Program-made: the position numbers and the translations under genes
Assembly: GCA_046331405.1 (NCBI GenBank)
Contig: JAXLQX010000003.1
Location: 307,202-371,201 of the forward strand
Reading direction: 5' to 3'
From: Thermoanaerobaculia bacterium
Lineage (GTDB): Bacteria > Acidobacteriota > Thermoanaerobaculia > Multivoradales > SZUA-115
DNA length: 64,000 nt
The notes under the pieces: model-generated
Told to the model about the DNA's origin: nothing
Seen by the model: only the letters and a program-made list of their open reading frames with translations
Database searches by the model: none
Shown: positions 60,904 through 64,000 of the stretch, in pieces
How positions within the stretch are numbered: position 1 is the stretch's first letter
How the letters are laid out: the number at the start of each line of letters is the position of its first letter

Positions 60904-61836
60904 TTGCTCACCTCTTTTGTCCCGCGACGCACCCTGGCGGCCGGCCTGGTTCTGGGCTGCTTGCTCGCCTTTTCCCCCTCGGCCTTCGCCGCCGAGGCCG
61001 GTCCCAAGATCCTGGTGGTCACCGCCCATCCGGACGACGACGCTCTCTTCTCGGGCACGATCTACAAAGTCACCCACTCGCTCGGCGGCGTGGTGGACCT
61101 CGCCTTGATGACCAACGGCGAGGGCGGCTTCAAGTACTCCATCCTGGCCGAGCCGATCTACGGCCTGAAGCTCACGGACGAAGCCGTGGGCCGCGCCTAC
61201 CTGCCGGCCATCCGCAAGAAGGAGCTGATGGCCGGCGGCGCCATCGTGGGCTTCCGCAACTACTTCTTCTTCGACCAGGTGGACGGCGGCTACACCCGCG
61301 ACGTGGCATCGATCCTGGGCGGCAAGGAATGGGACTTCCCCTACATCCGCAAGCACTTGGCGGACATCCTGAACGCCGGCCACTACGACTTCGTGTTCGT
61401 GATGCTGCCCACGCCGGAGACCCATGCCCACCACGCGAGCGCGGCGATCCTCGGCCTCGAGGCGGTGGCGGCACTGCCCGCCGCCGAACGTCCGATCGTG
61501 CTCGCCGCCTCGCCCCGGCCGCTGCCGCCCCTGCCCACCCCGCCGCCCCCCTTCACCGGCCTCGAGGCCTATCCGGTGACTAAGGTGGCCAAGGGGGCGC
61601 CGAGCTTCGTGTTCGACCGCACCCAGAAGTTCGGCTACGACAACCGGCTGGACTACACCATCATCGCCAACTGGGTGATCGCCGAGCACAAATCCCAGGG
61701 CACCATGCAGCTCTTGGTGGGCAAGCAGACCCACGAGGACTACTGGTACTTCGACCTGAACCCGGAAGAGGGCCGGGCCCGCACCCAGGCCTTCTTCGAC
61801 CGCCTGGCCGCGGCGCCGCCGATCGCCCCGAAGTAG
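60904..61836 (+). CDS. PIG-L/LmbE-family N-acetylglucosaminyl deacetylase, secreted
   Basis: VVTAHPDDDALF motif and H..H later. TTG 60904 start after GAGGAG. Signal peptide LTSFVPRRTLAAGLVLGCLLAFSPSAFA. Confidence 0.65.
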   Translation: MLTSFVPRRTLAAGLVLGCLLAFSPSAFAAEAGPKILVVTAHPDDDALFSGTIYKVTHSLGGVVDLALMTNGEGGFKYSILAEPIYGLKLTDEAVGRAYLPAIRKKELMAGGAIVGFRNYFFFDQVDGGYTRDVASILGGKEWDFPYIRKHLADILNAGHYDFVFVMLPTPETHAHHASAAILGLEAVAALPAAERPIVLAASPRPLPPLPTPPPPFTGLEAYPVTKVAKGAPSFVFDRTQKFGYDNRLDYTIIANWVIAEHKSQGTMQLLVGKQTHEDYWYFDLNPEEGRARTQAFFDRLAAAPPIAPK

Positions 61837-61844
61837 GGCCCGCG

Positions 61845-62579
61845 CTAGGGCACGAAGCGGTAGCCCACGCCGCGCACGCTGTGGATGTGCCGGGGCCTCC
61901 AGGCGTTGGCCTCGAAGGCGCGGCGCAGGGCCACGATGACGTTGTCCACCACCCGGCTGTTCGGGTGGTTGGGCAGCTCCCACACCTCGGCCAGGAGCTC
62001 GCGGCGCGACACCACCTGGTTCGGCCGCGCCGCGAACACCTTCATCACCGAGATCTCTTTGTGCGAGAGCTCCACCTCGCCCGCGAGCGTGCGGGCGAGC
62101 CAGCTCTCGAAATCCACCCAGAACTCGCCGAATTGGAAGCGGCTGCCGCCCGGGGCCGGCTCCGCCGCGGGCTCGCTCTCGACGTCGGCCGGGCCCTCGC
62201 GTAGCCAGTGCTGGCGGCGCAGCAGGCCCTCGATGCGTGCGAGTAGCTCACCCAAGTCGTAGGGCTTCACCACGTAGTCGTCCGCGCCGAGCTTGAGGCC
62301 GTAGACCACGTCGTCCGGCTGGCTGCGGGCGGTGAGCATCAGGATGGGGGTGAAATCCCGCTCCTGGCGCAGCCGCTGGCAGACCTCGAAGCCGTCCACC
62401 TCGGGCAGCCGCAAGTCGAGCAGAATCAGGTCGAAACGACGCGAGTGAGCGAGCTCCAGGGCCTCCCGGCCGTCGCGCGCCACTTCCACCTGATAGCCCT
62501 TGAGCTCGAGGTTCACGGCCAGGCCCTGGGCCAGGGCTTCCTCGTCCTCCACCACCAGAATGGTCTTGGCCTCGCTCAT
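61845..62579 (-). CDS. OmpR-family response regulator
   Basis: Receiver domain (ILVVEDEEALA...LILLDLRLPEVDG...DDYVVKP) plus winged-helix C-terminus (RVVDNVIVALRRA...VRGVGYRF). Confidence 0.85.
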   Translation of the reverse strand: MSEAKTILVVEDEEALAQGLAVNLELKGYQVEVARDGREALELAHSRRFDLILLDLRLPEVDGFEVCQRLRQERDFTPILMLTARSQPDDVVYGLKLGADDYVVKPYDLGELLARIEGLLRRQHWLREGPADVESEPAAEPAPGGSRFQFGEFWVDFESWLARTLAGEVELSHKEISVMKVFAARPNQVVSRRELLAEVWELPNHPNSRVVDNVIVALRRAFEANAWRPRHIHSVRGVGYRFVP

Positions 62580-63502
62580 CGCGACACCTCCACCCGCGGC
62601 AGCTCCACCACCAGCCGCGTGCCCGGCCGGCCCTCGTGGGAGAAGGCCCGCACCGTGCCCTTCATCTCCCGCACCAGCCCGGAGACGATCGACAGCCCGA
62701 GGCCGCTGCCCCGGCGCCGGCCCTTGATCTCCCGGCCGATCTGGTAGAAGCGGTCGAAGATCTTGCCCAGCTCCGCCTTGGGGATGCCGATGCCGTCGTC
62801 CTCCACGGTGATCACCACCCGCTGCTCGACGTCCGCCAGGCTGCAGCGCACTTCTCCTCCCTTGTCCGAGAAGCGCACGGCGTTGTCCAGCAGGTTGGTG
62901 AGCACTCGCTCCAGGGCATCCTCCGTGGCCCGCACCCTCGCCCGGGTCTCCCCCAGCCAGCGCAGCTTGAGGCCGTGGCTCTCCACCCGGCTGCGGGCGA
63001 GCGGCAGGTAGTGGCGGAAGAAGGCCGCCAGATCCACCGGCTCGAGCGGCAGCGCTCGCCGCCGGGCGAGCAGCCGGCTGCTCTCGAGCACGTTGTCCAC
63101 CAGCCGGCTCATGCGCTCCGCCTCGGTGAGGATGTAGCCCACCGAGCGGCCCCGCTGGGCTGGAGAGAGCCCGGGGTTCTCGAGCGTCTGGGCGTGCAGC
63201 TTGATGGCCGCGAGGGGCGACTTGAGCTCGTGGGTGACGTGCGAAACGAACTCCTCTTGCTTCTGCGAATACCGCCGCGCCGCCAGGGCCCCGGCCAGCT
63301 GGTAGGTCAAGCCGCCGATCAGAAGCGCCAGCAGCACACAGCCGAGCGTCAGCACCGGCCAGTCCACCAGCCGGTTGCCCAGGAACGAGACCTCCGACCG
63401 CGCCTGCACCACGTACACCACCCACACCACCAGCAACGTGATCGTCGCCGCCAGCGAGAGCACGTAGGTGACCACCAACCGAATCGAGCGCTGCTTGGCC
63501 AA
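62576..63502 (-). CDS. sensor histidine kinase
   Basis: Two TM helices, H-box HVTHELKSPLAAI, N/G boxes (LLDNAVRF, DDGIGIP, GSGLGLSIV). ATGA overlap with the response regulator. Confidence 0.85.
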   Translation of the reverse strand: MAKQRSIRLVVTYVLSLAATITLLVVWVVYVVQARSEVSFLGNRLVDWPVLTLGCVLLALLIGGLTYQLAGALAARRYSQKQEEFVSHVTHELKSPLAAIKLHAQTLENPGLSPAQRGRSVGYILTEAERMSRLVDNVLESSRLLARRRALPLEPVDLAAFFRHYLPLARSRVESHGLKLRWLGETRARVRATEDALERVLTNLLDNAVRFSDKGGEVRCSLADVEQRVVITVEDDGIGIPKAELGKIFDRFYQIGREIKGRRRGSGLGLSIVSGLVREMKGTVRAFSHEGRPGTRLVVELPRVEVSR

Positions 63503-63705
63503 GAGCCTCCCTTCCCCCGAACAGCCTAGCGCAGCCCAGGCCCGCCAGCCGAACCCGGCCCCCAGGATCAGCGGAGCGGGCCACGAGGAGCGGAGCCACC
63601 CCGAAGGGGTCGAGGGCGAGCGCCGCAGATGCCCGCTCCGCCCATCCCACGGCGACCCCTCTCTCGTGGCAAGATCTCGATCGCCTGCGTTCGAAGGAGA
63701 TTGCC

Positions 63706-64000
63706 ATGAAACGTTCTGCTGCTCTTCTCCTCAGCCTCCTGCTCTCGGCGACCGCCGGCCGGGGTGCCGAGCCGCCTCGTACCCTGCGCCTCGACCTCAT
63801 CCACAGCGGCACCGCCAGCGACGAGCAATTCGCCCTCGAGCGCCTCGTTCTCGAGCCCTTGCCCTGGCCCGGCAACCCCGCTCGGCCCCTGGACGACACC
63901 AACCTCGGCCCCTACTTCTTCGAGGTTATCGACCGCTCCACCCAGCGCCCCGTCTACTCCCGCGGCTACGCCTCTGTCTTCGGCGAATGGCAGACCACTC
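63706..64000 (+). CDS. secreted protein, 3'-truncated by the window edge (possibly peptidase M64-like N-terminal domain)
   Basis: Signal peptide MKRSAALLLSLLLSATAG. The ORF continues to the window end. Confidence 0.35.
   Translation, partial: MKRSAALLLSLLLSATAGRGAEPPRTLRLDLIHSGTASDEQFALERLVLEPLPWPGNPARPLDDTNLGPYFFEVIDRSTQRPVYSRGYASVFGEWQTT

Overview
This is a high-GC (about 70%) bacterial chromosomal segment, densely coding on both strands. The TonB-dependent receptor, LolA-like carrier and EpmA/EpmB-modified EF-P suggest a Gram-negative host. I count about 55 protein-coding genes and found no rRNA, tRNA, CRISPR array, transposase or integrase. Most genes are housekeeping: tyrS, purH, nadE, pyrR-pyrB-pyrC, smc, recD2, efp with epmA/epmB, suhB-like and pepD. 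There is also a GT4-GT4-WbaP polysaccharide module, a possible exosortase pair, and a six-gene RDD/DUF95/DUF4129/DUF4350/MoxR/DUF58 operon held together by ATGA overlaps. Further features are an ECF sigma / anti-sigma / bactofilin-like membrane protein operon, a two-component system and two VapBC-type toxin-antitoxin modules. Accessory features are secreted Cys-rich proteins sitting in short AT-richer islets and a 46-nt intergenic element present twice. The most interesting locus is a roughly 1.8 kb lower-GC insert between pyrC and a glycoside hydrolase gene. It encodes an ABC-type (AAA_21/SMC-like) ATPase joined by a GTGA overlap to a DUF4276 protein, the architecture of OLD/PARIS/AbiL-like defence pairs. 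Many very long six-frame ORFs in the track are GC-bias artefacts antisense to real genes. I corrected gene starts where signal peptides, RBS spacing or 4-nt overlaps supported it, and all coordinates were checked for frame against the ORF track.
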